Below the pieces are notes generated by a model, which was given only the letters and a program-made list of their open reading frames with translations, had not been told where the DNA came from and did no database searches. A stretch of DNA of 64,000 nucleotides from Takakia lepidozioides (taxonomy: Eukaryota > Plantae > Bryophyta). The first letter of the stretch is position 1. The number at the start of each line of letters is the position of its first letter. Below, in pieces: positions 27,201 through 40,095 of the stretch. The position numbers and the translations under genes were made by a program. Where the stretch lies: positions 62,806,001-62,870,000 of the forward strand of contig CM060732.1 in NCBI GenBank assembly GCA_030704615.1. The letters run 5' to 3'.

Positions 27201-30200
27201 CTCTTTCCTGGAGGTGCAAGAGAAGTGTGCAAGCGGAAAGTAAGTAGTTTTTGTGGCCTTGAACTCTGGTCAAGCATCTCATCTTGGTAAGGGTATTGTG
27301 TTTTTTGGGTCATATTTTTCGTCCAGGAATTGACTGACTGCACTCGGGACTTGGGTCCATAACCCAGGAATCTTGACTTGAGACATGTTTGTCTTTTGGT
27401 GGTATCTGAGCATGTTAACACGTCTTTCATACTTCACTGTTATTGGGAAAAGGTGCTGTTATATCAGGTTCTTGGCACGTGCCATGCCAAGGATTGCTTA
27501 GATCCTGGGAGAGAAAGGAATGAGGACACACCTAGCTCCTAAATGATGTAGTGATACTCACAAAAGACTAGACTAAATGCTTTACAGTCAGTCAGCCACA
27601 TGCCTTGCCACCATCCCTACACCATCCTGGTGTGCTCCTAGCTGTAACTTTGAAGTTACCTGAGATTCTTTTGTCCCTCTGTAGTGGTGTTTAACAAACA
27701 GCATGCACGCAGGGGGAGGAGTATAAGCTTATGTGGAAACCTACAGTTGACTTCGTACGCATGGCCAGTCGACTAAATGCGATCATTGTACCATTTGGGA
27801 TCATAGGAGCTGATGAAGCGTATGTATCTCATTATCTTCTTACTCAACCATGTTGCGCTGAAATCTTGTACATCTTTTAACACCATGCTTGTAGTGGCGT
27901 AGGCTGTGGATGGTTGATATTAGCATCATTGGTATGTCTCCAAATTTTATAGAGGGGAGGGAGGAGTACGAGTTGTCAATTTGTACTTCACCCCATTGGA
28001 AGCAGGACAGCTGGATGGGCAATTTAGGCAAACCTAACTCTTGGCACATCTTGAATGCCAGATTCTGGCTTGCTCTACAGAATGAGCAGGCCATTCTAGC
28101 AGCATTTGGCTGTAACTGATGCGACAGGAGGATGCATAGGAGGGCTTGGCCTCTCTCTTAAGAAGAACACATAAATGCTTGCATTGTCATTCCATCGTAA
28201 GGTGGTGCCATTCCCCCCCATCAGTGCCAGGATGCATCGGAAGAGTTTGTGTGCTGACAGTTGGTGCAGACGGCACTAAACTTGCAAGTGGATGGGATAA
28301 CAAATCCATGATAGGAACCCATTTTGCACCAGAAGCAAAGTGGAGAGACAAAGCATAATGTCTTCTCCTTGTTCCGTGTGTACTACTAGTTCCTGGGCAG
28401 ATACTTCTTGTCTACCACAGGCAAAGTCGAGAGATTAAGCATCATTCGTTCCTCTTTTACTGTACCTACTATGAGTTCTTTCGGTAGATTTTGGTGTCTT
28501 TAGAGAGTCCTCATGCCTGGCAGAGGCCTGTAACTATGATTACACAAAGTGAAGAGCAGCTTACCTGCATGCAGCACTCCACCATTATGCAACATTGACA
28601 ATTTGAGTTGCTCTTTGCTTTCTGCTTTTGAAGCCCAAAACACTATTGGCGGAGATCTCACTCTTCCAACCCCAATTGTGCTGAGGCATAATGTATCCTA
28701 TAGACCCTCCTTGGCTTTATGTAGACCTAATAGATTCCTCTTTTTCTAGGCATTCCGTCTTCAGGCAACTTTTGGTGTATTTTGTTGGGGGGCCCTTGGG
28801 ACACCCCTGTGCACATTACAAACATTTTTTCTTTTCCATCTTTCCAATGTAGATTGTCAACATTCATGTCAGGAGGTTACTCTATGATTCAGCCACCGGT
28901 ACATTGGCTGATGTGTGCAGATATAAGATCATGTTTGATGCGAATGATATACTGAGGTCTCCTATTGGACCTCTCATACAAGCTGTTTATGCACGGCTGG
29001 AGTTAAGCACAGATAATATTCACCCCATAACTGCACTTCCTGTGTTAAATATACCCAGGTACACTGTTTGGATTAATCCCCGTGACATTTTCTTTTCTGT
29101 TATTTTCCATGTCTCTTTGTAGTGCTACATAGGCAGAAATGGAAATTCAGGGAGTTGGTGTCAGAGCCTGCTATCTTGCTCATCTGCATAAGTCAAAGGT
29201 GTCAGGCAGTCAGAATGTGAGTAGTTTGTGGGCTTGTTGGCAGTTTGATTCCAGCCCCTTCAATCGAACGTATCTACATCCATTTTGCACAGCCCATCGA
29301 CACTGCAAACTACACTTGTGACCTTAGCAATAGAGATGAGGTATGTGTGGGGCACAAGCTATCCTTGTGTATGTTTTGGAGAGCTGAACATGTTCAACAT
29401 TATTTTGCTCCAGCTAGAGCTTTGTGAACAGGGTCTATATTGGAGGGCAGTCCCACATAGCGCAAATGAATATCGTCAGACGTGTGTGCACAAGAGACAA
29501 AAGAGGACGATATGTGGTTATTGGTGAGTAATGAGTATATCAGCTTGGATTCGCTTGAAGGACATTGTCAGTCCAGGATTCTTGGTTTTCTTGAATATTA
29601 TTCACCCACCAGGGTATGGAAGTTGCCATAGTTGCCGCTCCCAGTCATAGGGATGTGAGTTTTGTATGACCAGTTTTGACACCACAATAGAAAGCTCAAT
29701 GTTGATATCAGCATGAAATTGTAAACTCTTTACACAAGGGTTGTCACACTTCGGAAATCAAAGGGGGCAGAATAGAGAGGTGCTTAAAATTGGAATTTTC
29801 CTCCTCCACTATGCCATGCAAGGTCTTTTGATGCAGCATGAAGAGTTTCAACTTCAGTTTTTGGGTGGTGTTGCCATAGGCCTTGCGGACATGACCAGCT
29901 GTCAAGTTACAGGATGTTGCCTAGTATGAGATCACTGACGTGCTGTGCTTGGTGTTGGACTTTGTGCTTGCACCTCTGGTGATCTCTATCCCGATGGATG
30001 GCAGTGCAAAGACCTTTATTGTATGGTTTCTGCTTTCACCCTTAAATGTCTGCATTAGACCTTGTATCTATCTGGATTTTATATTTTACTTTCAATGTTC
30101 CCCTTGCTGCATGTTGGCGAAGTGTGAATGTCAAGGAGTTGTCTCATCAATACTCATCTGGCATGTGGAGTGTTGCTTCTGCAGTAGCATATATATGCAA

Positions 30201-30376
30201 GAGGTAGACACTTGTATGTAGGAACATCTCTTCCCAGCTTATGATTTTCCGAATGTTTGGAGAGACTACACGGGTGCTCATATTGTGGGGGTGGGACCAT
30301 GCTGAGATCAGTATTCGTAAAGCAGAAAGTGGAGGACAGCATTCATCTTCTGAAAGAGATCCGAAAGAAAGATCCG
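12013..30376 (+). CDS. Plastid esterase/lipase/thioesterase-acyltransferase (phytyl ester synthase-like; alpha/beta-hydrolase + DGAT2-type domain). Exons 12013-12309, 13117-13376, 14838-15042, 15740-15844, 16705-16884, 17377-17474, 17816-18062, 18210-18266, 25943-26017, 26426-26505, 26930-26978, 27183-27239, 27713-27819, 28921-29058, 29244-29340, 30005-30020, 30312-30376; terminal exon uncertain (~31090-31160)
   Basis: Transit-peptide-like exon 1, then LLYVPGMDCTG, GESFGG nucleophile motif, INPAT, SGHTILLE, VGNHTMFGVYD, RGLAHP, LLFPGGARE, FVRMA, VPFG..GADE, RIYIHF. Exon phases are consistent throughout. Confidence 0.9.
17170..17252 (+). mobile_element. 3' end of a (CATTT)n-tailed LINE/SINE family; related copies at ~24878-24915 (-) and ~26313-26377 (+)
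   Basis: Shared GTCCCATAAGCTCTT...AAAGTATCATTTCATTTC between the two + copies; the - copy shares the tail end. Confidence 0.55.
18295..19453 (+). mobile_element. 5'-truncated LINE copy A (APE-RT family, RTE/RTEX-like)
   Basis: Near-identical to 23137-24290. YLG, RPALEYGSAIW, AVRGEFG and CPLC..HFLMHC zinc knuckle. Follows a (CT)n tract. Confidence 0.9.
19454..24290 (+). mobile_element. Near full-length LINE copy B (APE endonuclease + RT + CCHC); 5' boundary approximate
   Basis: APE motifs ATFNFSGL, CVYMP, IVDYII. RT motifs NYRGITLL, LDVKKAYDTVWRDGL, QGCTLSPLLF, FADD, YLG. C-terminal CCHC. Many frameshifts. Confidence 0.9.
20252..20650 (+). repeat. Three ~140-bp tandem repeats at the start of the LINE ORF
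   Basis: Repeated CCTAAGTGT...GATTTGGTAC...TACACAAGACGA...TGTCCCC; translatable as ...GFGT...LPILKVYTRR... Confidence 0.8.
26561..26841. other. Self-complementary insertion in intron 10 of the acyltransferase gene
   Basis: Several stems including CCG-GAAA-CGG, GGCTCTC..CAA/TTGAGAGCC, GACCTCA/TGAGGTC and terminal TTCTTGA/TCAAGAA. CTGAGG occurs at 26555 and 26825. Confidence 0.4.
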
Positions 30377-31805
30377 GTATGCTGTACAGTCCTGTACTTC
30401 TCTTTTCTGCCACAGGTTTTCTTTTCTTCTGTTTACTCTTAGTGCTGACTTTGAAGTTTCTCCTCTTTGTTTCCAGGGTGCTCTAGGGCTGAACTTCTGT
30501 GTCTGTAATAGTCTCATTTGATTGGTGAAGTGTCCGATGGTTCCCTTTGCCCTTTCAAAAAGTGAGAGAAACTTAGTATCCTTGCACACACTGTTGGACA
30601 TGAAAAGCCAGTGGGCTGTCTTAGCAGCTAGTCACTAGTCACTGCTATTCAAAAAAATGGGTGGGTTGTCTTGTACTGTATTTGATTCTCTAAGATACAA
30701 GGCTGTAGTCATCATGTTCGGTCGTTCCTTTTTGGTTGTTAAACCTACTATTTGGGCTAAATCCCTATGTGGCAAGAACCCATTCATCGAAAACAAGTAA
30801 TGAGCAAAGATGATGTCTGCAGATGTCTTGACCCACTGTTTCCTGGCAGTCACCCAAAAATTTAAATGGTGGATTTAGGGTGACTAGGTAGATGGAAAGG
30901 CACCCTACGAGTGCTACCCTCCCACAGATCTGAGCTTACCACGGTGATCTAAATGAATGATTGAGCTCTGAAGAAAGCTGGAGAGTTTTCAAAATAACCA
31001 GTGTTGCATGTAGGGTAAACACTCTTAGGCACTGTTATATCATATGGATGCAACTGGATCTCGTTGTTCGATTGCTCAAAACAGTTGCAGAAAGGATCTG
31101 GGTGCCAGTATGCTTTAACAAGTTCGGCCATCCCCTACTTTTGGGAATTTGGCATGTTTGAAGTCCACATGCCATGTCCTTTCATGGGTCTTCCAAAGCT
31201 AAGATCTAAAATTTTAAAGCTGGGTGTTAATTATAATAGTTTTTGGGGTTGGTGGATTTCTAGGAGAGGTCGTTGCCTGTGCGGTTGTTCGCCAAAGTGA
31301 TGCGTTTACTGCCAAAGATCCCTCCCAGGGTCCATGCAATGAACCGGTGAGTTTTTATTGGATGGGAAACTGTGTTGACGGCAGTTACCCAACTCAGTAC
31401 CTATCTTTCTGGTGTGAGGGTGCCAAATGCTGAAACATCCAGTTCGACATGGGTGGAGGTTGTTAAGTTGAAGAGGAGAATGGCAGACAGAATATCCTAG
31501 AGCTTGGTGCAGCATAGGTAGTTGTTTTGAAGTCACTCACGTGTAGTAGATTTACTCGCTTTGTTGAGATCTCTATGCTTCAAAGGTGTTTGCACTCTTC
31601 ATCTCAAACATGTAAAATATAAATATGGAGTGCATGAGGTGAAGGGCTGTAACTAAGAATGAGTTTTTCTTACAGTGTTCACAACCTGTCCTTGAGGATA
31701 ATGTCACACACAGATTATCTTCATTTTATCAACAACATGCACTCTCTCTTGTACCCTGATTGAACGACTTCTGAATATATGCATCCCCAAAAGAGAGTCG
31801 TTCAT

Positions 31806-32227
31806 GCTGGGTCTCACTAAACTTTCCCACTGCAGAGGGATCAACTCTGAAGTGAAAAAAACCATGCTTTGCCGGGTTATTAGGCCTGCCTTGGAGTATG
31901 CATCTGCAGTATGGGTTGATAACTCCAACCAGGCTGAGTCTCTAGAATTAAGTGGGGGTGCTTAAGGATTGCATGTCAGCATGCTCCAAAACAGCCAACG
32001 TGGCTGTTCGGGGTGAGTTTGGCATCCTTCCTTAAGCTCCAGACGAGATGAATTCAAGGTCAGATGGTTGGGTCAGCTGCAACATGTCTTATATCAGATA
32101 TCCTAAGTTCTTGGAAGTGGATTGCCCTGTCAAACAGGCTAAGTCCTGGCGGAAGAGAGTAGAAGAGTTTTTCAAGGATCTGAATCTAAGCCTGCAAGTC
32201 TTGACCCAGCTGGATAAATCTGACTTA
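31806..32227 (+). mobile_element. LINE copy C, part 1 (same family as A/B; continues at 44190-44456 and 46264-46464)
   Basis: Diverged match to ~18380-18820. Breaks at GACTTA and resumes TAGAGGCTGTAG at 44190. Confidence 0.85.
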
Positions 32228-32325
32228 TGGTAGATGAACCTAATTCAAACCACTTTTAACAATGGACCCTTGGATAAATACGCAAAACCAACCACATGCA
32301 AAGCTAGAAAGGCTCATATCTTACA

Positions 32326-35300
32326 AGTGGTCCAGCTTAGATCACGTGGTGGGCAATAGTCACCTCTTTTAGATCAAGGTCGATTATGATGACAGCAGCG
32401 AGTGGAAACCTTAATAATTACTGGCGGTTCATATTTGAAATAGTGCTGAGGGTGGTGTATTGATCCACTTGGGTTCCGGAAGACAGCTCGCCAAGTGCTC
32501 GGCCCACGCTCCACATCCCTGCGGCTTGAAGGTTATGCCTCCAATCCAACCTTGTTTCTTGCATGCTAGGTGATTCTAGTACCACTTGATTGAGATCTGG
32601 AAGACAGAGGTCCATGAATAATTCAGGAAAACCGCTGGCCGAAAGTGTAGTAGAGGTGAATGAGGGATCGGACAACCTGCAGGTAGGTAATTTCATGGTG
32701 AGTGATGATGAATTTTTGAATGTTGGGACAATGGGGGCAGTTGTGGAGTCCCCAACTGGTATTCCATTAGTTGATGAGGAGTTTGGGATAGCCACCCTCG
32801 AGGGCCTTTCTGTCTATGATCGGCGTGATGAGGCCTTGGAGGCTAGATGGACTGAGCCTATGCTGGCTAGGGAATTATACATTCTGCCCTCCCATCCTCC
32901 TCATGACCAGGGGATCGAAGGGTCTGGTTCGGATGTATGGGCTACTGCGAGCAGTATGCCGGCCCAGGTTGCTGACTTGAGTCCTAGGGTGCTGCCTGTT
33001 GTGAATTTCCCTAGTCCTACTCTCGGGGGAGGGAACTTGTTGCCTGTGAATTCGGGTATGCATGTGGGCAGTCTTCCTGTGTTGAACATCCATGGTGTTG
33101 TTCAAGGTGGAGGTGTCATGATGCAAGGGCCCTCTAGTATGTCTGCTGCTCTGCCTCCTGCCATAGCTGGTCAATCTGTGGGGGCTCTCCCTGCTGCACA
33201 GGCTGGGGTGCCACCACATCTTGTCTCTAGCCAGTCCATAGGTATGTATGCTAGCAATATCCTTCTTGGCAGTATCCGATCTGTGTCAACACAGCCGGTG
33301 GGAGTGGCATCCACTTTTCCCATGAGTGGCATGCCACAAACCCACTTGCAGTCTACTAACCCTGCTGCTCAGCCAAGTGCGGCAATACCTGCTCTTCCCA
33401 TGGGCACGGTGGCACCACGTCTATCAGCCTGGATATGTGCATGGTAATGCTGCTCCCATAATTCCCTGTTGCCCTGCTCATGGATCTGTCCTCCCTGGTC
33501 ATATCAACCATAGCCTACCTTGTCATCTAATCCCCCAGCTGACCACTCAACCTTACCCCGAATACACAATGGGAGAAGACTTTGATAGATATCTTCAGAT
33601 GTTTGAAGTCATTGCTAGTGTCAATGGGGTGCCTGAGAATTTCAAGATGGCGATCTTTAGGATGAGTATGAAGGGACCAGCTCGTGACTTACTGCATGCA
33701 GCCGTGATGGATGATCCCAGCCTTAACTGGGCAACTCTGGTGGAATGGGCAAAGACCTTGTTCAAACCTCCTGAGAGGCCTCTGGATTGCTTTACCAAGC
33801 TTTCGGCTAGGACTTACCAACATGGGGAATCTTTGTGGAAATATTACATGGATCTTAAGTTTGCTGCTGTTGAAAACATCATAGACCCGATAGAGAGGGA
33901 TCGTATGGTTAAAAGGTATTTTCTCCTTGGGTTGTCTTCCACTATTCAGAATTGGGCTCAGCGACGTCATTTTTTTGATGACAAGACTATGTTAGCAGAA
34001 ATTAATCTTAAAATGGCAGACTTGGCTGACAGCAAATCAATGCACCATCGTGCCAAGTTTCAAGCTCCAGTGGGCTCAGAGCTTGGCATGTCTGCAACAT
34101 CCTCACCCTATGTTCCTCCTGCTAAGACATGTAAGGCTGATGATTTTACTCTTCGGGGGTTGGCTAATACTGTGGGAAGTCTTAGTGAGTCAGTGGCCAC
34201 TCAGTTTGCTGCCATGCAGGCTCATCAACAAAGATGGCAGCCTCGACACAGCCAAGGAACAACAGAGGGTAACAATAGAGGTCGAACCCAGACTGGGCAA
34301 GCCTATGAGGGCAATCGTGCTGTCTGTTAGATTTGTGGGTCTTTTGAACACTGGACGAAGCATTGTCCAGACAGAGCAGGGCTACCAGAGTTGATCAAGA
34401 ACAAGAAGACAGCCAATGGCTCTTCCCCTCCTTTAAACTAGCCCGATCTCTTGGGAAGGGGGCAAGAGGTCCATCATCTACCAACCCTGTTTCTTCTGTT
34501 CCGATTCAAGCTGTTCTATCTACTAACTTCAAAGCTTTGCATTGTCCTCTCAGTGGGCAGACTGCTGGCCAGCAAATCAGTCCCCTCATGGCGCAGTGCC
34601 ATATCCATGAGCTCAGCTTTCCCTGTGTGGTTGATACTGGATGCACTATATCTGCCATACCTTTAAATGTTGTGAGAGTTCTTGGTCTTAAACTATGCCC
34701 TGCCACAGGCATTGAGGTGCTTATTGCAGATGGATCCAGGTATGAGCCCTTAGGACTAGTCATTGTTCCCATCAGAATTCATAAAAAGGAGGTTGTGGTT
34801 ACCTGTATAGTCACCATTGGAGATCAATTCCTTCTCGGCCTTGACTGGATGACCGGAGCTGGTGCCACCATCAGCCTAGCAGACTACTCCCTTCGCTTTA
34901 ACAATGGAGAAGGACATGAAGTAGTGGTTCCCTTGAAAGCAGTAAAGATCAAGGTTGGGTCTGCTACAGCCAATTTATCCCGAGTCCAAGCCCTGGTAAA
35001 GGAGGTACAGCAGAACTCTCACTCCAACCTCAATTGGATTTCTACAAGTTTCAGCCTGATCTTCAACTCTTATATCAGTGGCATGTTCCTGGTGCTAGGG
35101 ATAGGACAGGGGTGCCCATAGCTATTCCAAAGAATTCTACGTTAATTCGTGCACCTCTCAACATCACCATCCCTGCCTTGACCCAAAGGGTGGTTAAGTC
35201 TGGTTTGGCTTTCTTGTGTCCCGCTTCTCATTTCCTAGAAGTTGAGGGTTGGAGGAGATTGACTGCTCTTAAGCACTGCCTGGTGGCCACTGGTGTTCTT

Positions 35301-38300
35301 GATAGAGGATATAGACAGGAGGTTAAGATCTTGATTGCTAATCCTGAACGCTTCCCTGTGACTATTAAAAAGGGCCCCTTAGATACGGTTGTTGCCTTTG
35401 CTGCAGTTGCACCACCACCTGCTCCTGATCTCAGCCTGGGAGGTAAGAAGGCCATCACCAAAGTTTTATCTGAAATCAAGTTGGGCACAACTCTCTCCTC
35501 TGGACAAAGGAGAAAGGTGGAAGTGCTTATTGCAAAGAATCTAGATATTTTCAGTTTGGGATCCACTAACCTAGGGCGCACTCCTATTCTTCAACATGAC
35601 ATATTTGTCACTGAAGGGGCTCCTATTAAACAATTTGCATACCGAGAGAGTGTGAAGGAACGTGTTATCATCCAAGAAGAAATCCAGAAGATGCTTGATG
35701 CTGGTGTGATTAAACCTTCAGTCTCTCATTGGGCTAGTCCAATTGTCCTAGTTGGAAAGAAAGATGGCACAACCCGCTTCTGTATTGACTGCAGGAAGCT
35801 GAATGACATCACAAAAAAAGATGCCTATCCTACCCAGGATTAATGAGACCTTGGATCAACTACATGGTGCTACAATTTTCTCCTCTCTTGATCTTGCATC
35901 TGGCTTTTGGCAAGTTCTTCTTACTGAAGCAGCCGAAAAAAAGACCTCATTTGTGTGTCGTATGGGTAAGTACCAATATGAGACCATGCCTTTTGGTTTG
36001 TGCAATGCCACCTCTACTTTCCAACGCCTCATGGACATTGTCTTGGGCAATCTTCGCTGGGAGTGTGCTTTAATTTATGTTGATGATATCAATGTTTACT
36101 CAGCCAGCTTTGACGCTCACTTAGCTGATCTGCAGCGTGTCTTCAGCAAATTGCGCACTGCAGGCCTTAAAATGAAGCCCAAGAAATATGAACTATTCAT
36201 GCCTGAGCTCCACTTCCTTGGTCATATTCTGTCCAAAGATGGTTTGCTTCCTGATCCTGCCAAGCTTGAGTCTGTTTGGGGCTTTCCTATCCCCAGGGAT
36301 AAACATTGTATCAAATCATTCCTTGGTCTGGCCTCTTATTACCGGCGCTTCATAAAGAACTTTGCTAAGCTTGCTCACCCTCTGACCAAGGTGTTGTGCA
36401 AAGATGCCAGGTTTGAATGGACCTTCTCCCAGCAGGCTGCTTTTGACACCCTTCGCAAGGCTTTGTATTCAGCTCCCATCCTGATGTTTCCCAACTTTGA
36501 GTTACATTTCTTGCTTCAGACTGATGCATTTGATGTTGTCATCTCTGCAATCTTATGTCAAGTGGTAGAAGGCAAGGAGCATGTCATAGTTTATGCATCC
36601 CGTCGTCTAGATCGTCATGAACGGAATTATTCCATATCTGATAAGGAGGGTCTAGCCTTGGTCTTTGGTGTGAAGCATTTTCAGCAATATTTACATGGCA
36701 GCCGGTTTGTGGTAGAGACTGATCATCTTCCACTCAAAGCTCTTGTTAAGCCTAGGGAACTTCATGGCAGACTTGCTAGATGGGCCATGTACCTGCAGGA
36801 GTTTGACATGGATATAGTCTACAAGAAGGGCAAGGAAAATACGAATGCTGATGCACTCACACGGATTGATCCTCATGTCAGCAGGCCTATGTTCACCTTG
36901 GATGACCTAGTTACTGCTGATGTTGCCCCTCCTCCTGATCTTGCCTCTCTTCTCAACCTTCTTTATGCAGATCAACAACCCTTGGACCTGGATTCCCATG
37001 GCATATTGTCTGCTTGGGGCTGGTCCAGCCTATCGGATGATCCTGGCTGATTTATTCATGTGTTAGCATGTGTGGTGGATCTATCGCTTCGCGAGAATTC
37101 AGACAAGTTTTGGTGGAAGTTCCATGTTGTGTTTTAGTCCTTCTCTTTCATAGGATCCCGAGTTTGTTGTGTTTCGGCTGCTGCACTCCGGTGTGACTAT
37201 TGGCTTGAGCCTCAAGGCCTGATTTGGCTGTCCATGAGTAGTAACAAATGAGGTGAAGGTATCCCTGGCTGGAGATCATAGGTGCAGGCACTCCAGACCA
37301 CATTCTCTAAAACCCATTGTCTACATCTTATGTGTAGTGCAGTCATAGATGATCAGCTACATGCTGCGCTACTCCAGCGATGTCAATCAGGGCGTTCGTC
37401 AGCTGGCCTTTCCGAGTCCTTGCGCAAACAAATTCTCTATCATGTGTCTACTCACCATTTTATGGAATATAAGCTTTTCAAGGAGCTCATTAGAGGAGGA
37501 GTGCCATGCTACTTGGAGGTGCCACCACGAAGCCAGCTGAATGCTTTATTGGAGCGTTTTCATTGTTCCTTGTATGCATGTCACCTTAGTATCAAAAAAA
37601 CTGTGGCCCGCATCCAAGAGGTATACTATTGGCTGGGAATTCACCGAGACGTCACCGAATTCATCTCTAAGTGTGAAGGTTGTCGTGCTAACATTGCTCT
37701 CCCTAGGGCCCGGATCTTGTATGAGCTACAGCCTTTGCCTGTCACCCATGCTTTTGCTCGTGTTGGCATTGACTTGGTAGGACCCCTCACACTTACATCA
37801 AAGGGTCGAAGCTACCTTTGTGTTGCTACCGACTACTTGACTAAGTGGGTAGAAGTCCGGCCTTTGCGTTCCAAGGCTAGTGATGTTGTAGCTCAGTTCT
37901 TCTTTAATGAGATCCTTATGCGGCATGGGTGTCCTCGGGAGATACTAACGGATCAGGGCAAGGAGTTTTGTAACCAGCTCCTCACGGTGGTTTGCTTCAA
38001 CTTCGGTGTCAAGCATTCCACCACCGCCCCATACCATCCCCAGACCAATGGCCTTACGAAACGCTTCAACCAAACTCTTTGCCGAATGTTGGAGAAGAAT
38101 GGCGCACTTACCAGGGAGTGGGATACCTTTCTTCCCCCTATTCTCTTTGCTTATCGCACCGCCGTGCATGCTAGTACCAATAAGACTCATTTTGAGTTGA
38201 TGTATGGTCGCAAGTGTGTTTCTCCTTTGCATTCTACCCCTCTTATCTCTACTGTTGCTGATCTGGTTGATCTTGAGACCTTCGTTGAAAATCTTCATGC

Positions 38301-39430
38301 TCGCCATGCGGTGTCCATCCATGATGCCAAGACGAACATTGGTAAGGCTCAACTAACCCAAGCCCGTAATTTTAACAAGCGTGTCAAGTATTCTAACTTG
38401 TTTCAGGTGGGACAGACCATGTGCGTTTGATTACAACATGGCAAGCATGCATGCAAATCTAAGCTCAAGATCGACGGTCCATACTTGATCTATCAGATTT
38501 TACGTGGGCGACGTGCTCTTCTTCTTCCCCAAGGCTCTAACACTGAAGAACAGGATGAACCTGTTTTCTTTGACGGACTTGGTGCACTCCGAACTAGTTT
38601 TTGATCTCACGTGTATCAATGTGGAGGGGCGCACGGTGGGGTGATGTCTTGATCTTCTTAGCGATCTACTTCAGCTTACTTCATTTCTCTTCTCAGCGGC
38701 TTAGTCTTAGTTTGCGGCTGATGCCTCTTGGGGTCCTCGGACTTGGCCACTCTAGGACTTGGAACATTTTATGACATCTCACCATTTGTACTCCCTGCAC
38801 GGTTTTCCTAGCCAAGGGTTTTGTCGGCCCAACTTGCAGGTGCCAGGTTTTCCCTTGGTAGGTTTTTCACCCAGCAGTGGAGGGTGAGATTTTTCTTTGT
38901 TTTTCTTCGCGGAGCTCAGGATTTTTCGTGGGGGGTAGGCTTCACAGATGTAAAGCCCCATACTTGCTTACGCCTGGAAATAACCCGTTTCATCCAAAAC
39001 GGCGATACACATTCATCGTATATTTTTTGGCGTATAAAGCCGTTAATCCGTTACAATGATGTTTAGGTTAGGGTTAGTTTAGGCTGGTGGCTTGATCCTG
39101 GCCCTTCGTTAGATCTAGGGCTGCAAGGCAGCACCGTGGGCTTGGGCCTATAATGCCTCGCCACGCGGCGGGCCACTACGGTTAGGGCTTTTGTATAAAG
39201 ACGGCGCCCTGACACAAGGTCAAGGCGGTGTACTCGGGTGTTGCTGTATAGGTGATTTTGGTGTACAAGTTTTTGGATGAGAGCTGCTTAGTGTCTGATT
39301 CGTGTGTTTGATCCTCCTCTCGCGCGCTGCTTGCTCTTTCCGCTCGCCCCTTTGTTGTGCAAGTTCGCTTCTTGAGAGGAAAAGAGTATATGCTTCAGGC
39401 TTGTTTTAAGGCTTCACATGCCTCAATCCG
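32326..39430 (+). mobile_element. Ty3/Gypsy LTR retrotransposon (gag, PR, dUTPase-like, RT, RNase H, IN); only the 3' LTR (from ~38645) seen; ends approximate
   Basis: Gag with C*ICGSFEHWTKHC, PR VVDTG, RT YVDD, RH TDAF...ETDH, IN H-H-C-C plus GIDLVGP/TDQGKEF. PPT GGTGGGGTGA precedes TG. Stops and frameshifts present. Confidence 0.9.
34432..34471 (+). other. -1 ribosomal frameshift signal (gag-pol)
   Basis: T TTA AAC heptamer directly before the gag stop TAG; pol opens in the -1 frame; potential pseudoknot follows. Confidence 0.75.
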
Positions 39431-40095
39431 ATTTACAGCATGCCGCCGTCACTTATTGAAACTACGTTAGTTGTTGAATTGATTGTGATCAAATTTGAAT
39501 TTCAAACTAGGTCCTATAACTGCAGAGGAGGGCCATTTTGGAAATGGAGTTTTCGAGGGAAATATCCACATTTGCTTTCACGTTCAGTTGGTCCCAAAAT
39601 GGCGAACGAATTCCATGCTTCCCAGGCATTTCAATTGTTATCTGATAGTGATTTGGGAGGTAATCATGAGAATGTTCAATTTGTGAGTAATGATTCTGAT
39701 CGTGAGTGTCATGGGAGGGAAATTCATAATCGACAGATACCGCGATCAACGACGACTGATCAGCCCGATAGTGAGTTGAGTGATTCGTTAGATAATCTTG
39801 CAAATTATGAGTGGGCGCAAAATCCATATGAGAGTGTTGAGATCTAGTGTGGGCAAGGTGGAGGTTTCGAAATTGATGACGATGGCACACAGGGAGTTCA
39901 CAATTGCAAGCTTAACGATCCACCGATGCCCGATCCCATATCCACTCCCGTTCCGAATTTAGACTGCACACAAAATGCAGACGTGACACCTGACTCCATT
40001 GATGCACCTGCTGCTAGATCTGCTACGATCACACGGAGCTCCTCATCTGAAGAAGAACGGGAACTGGACAAACAATTCATTGAGATTGGCGATGA

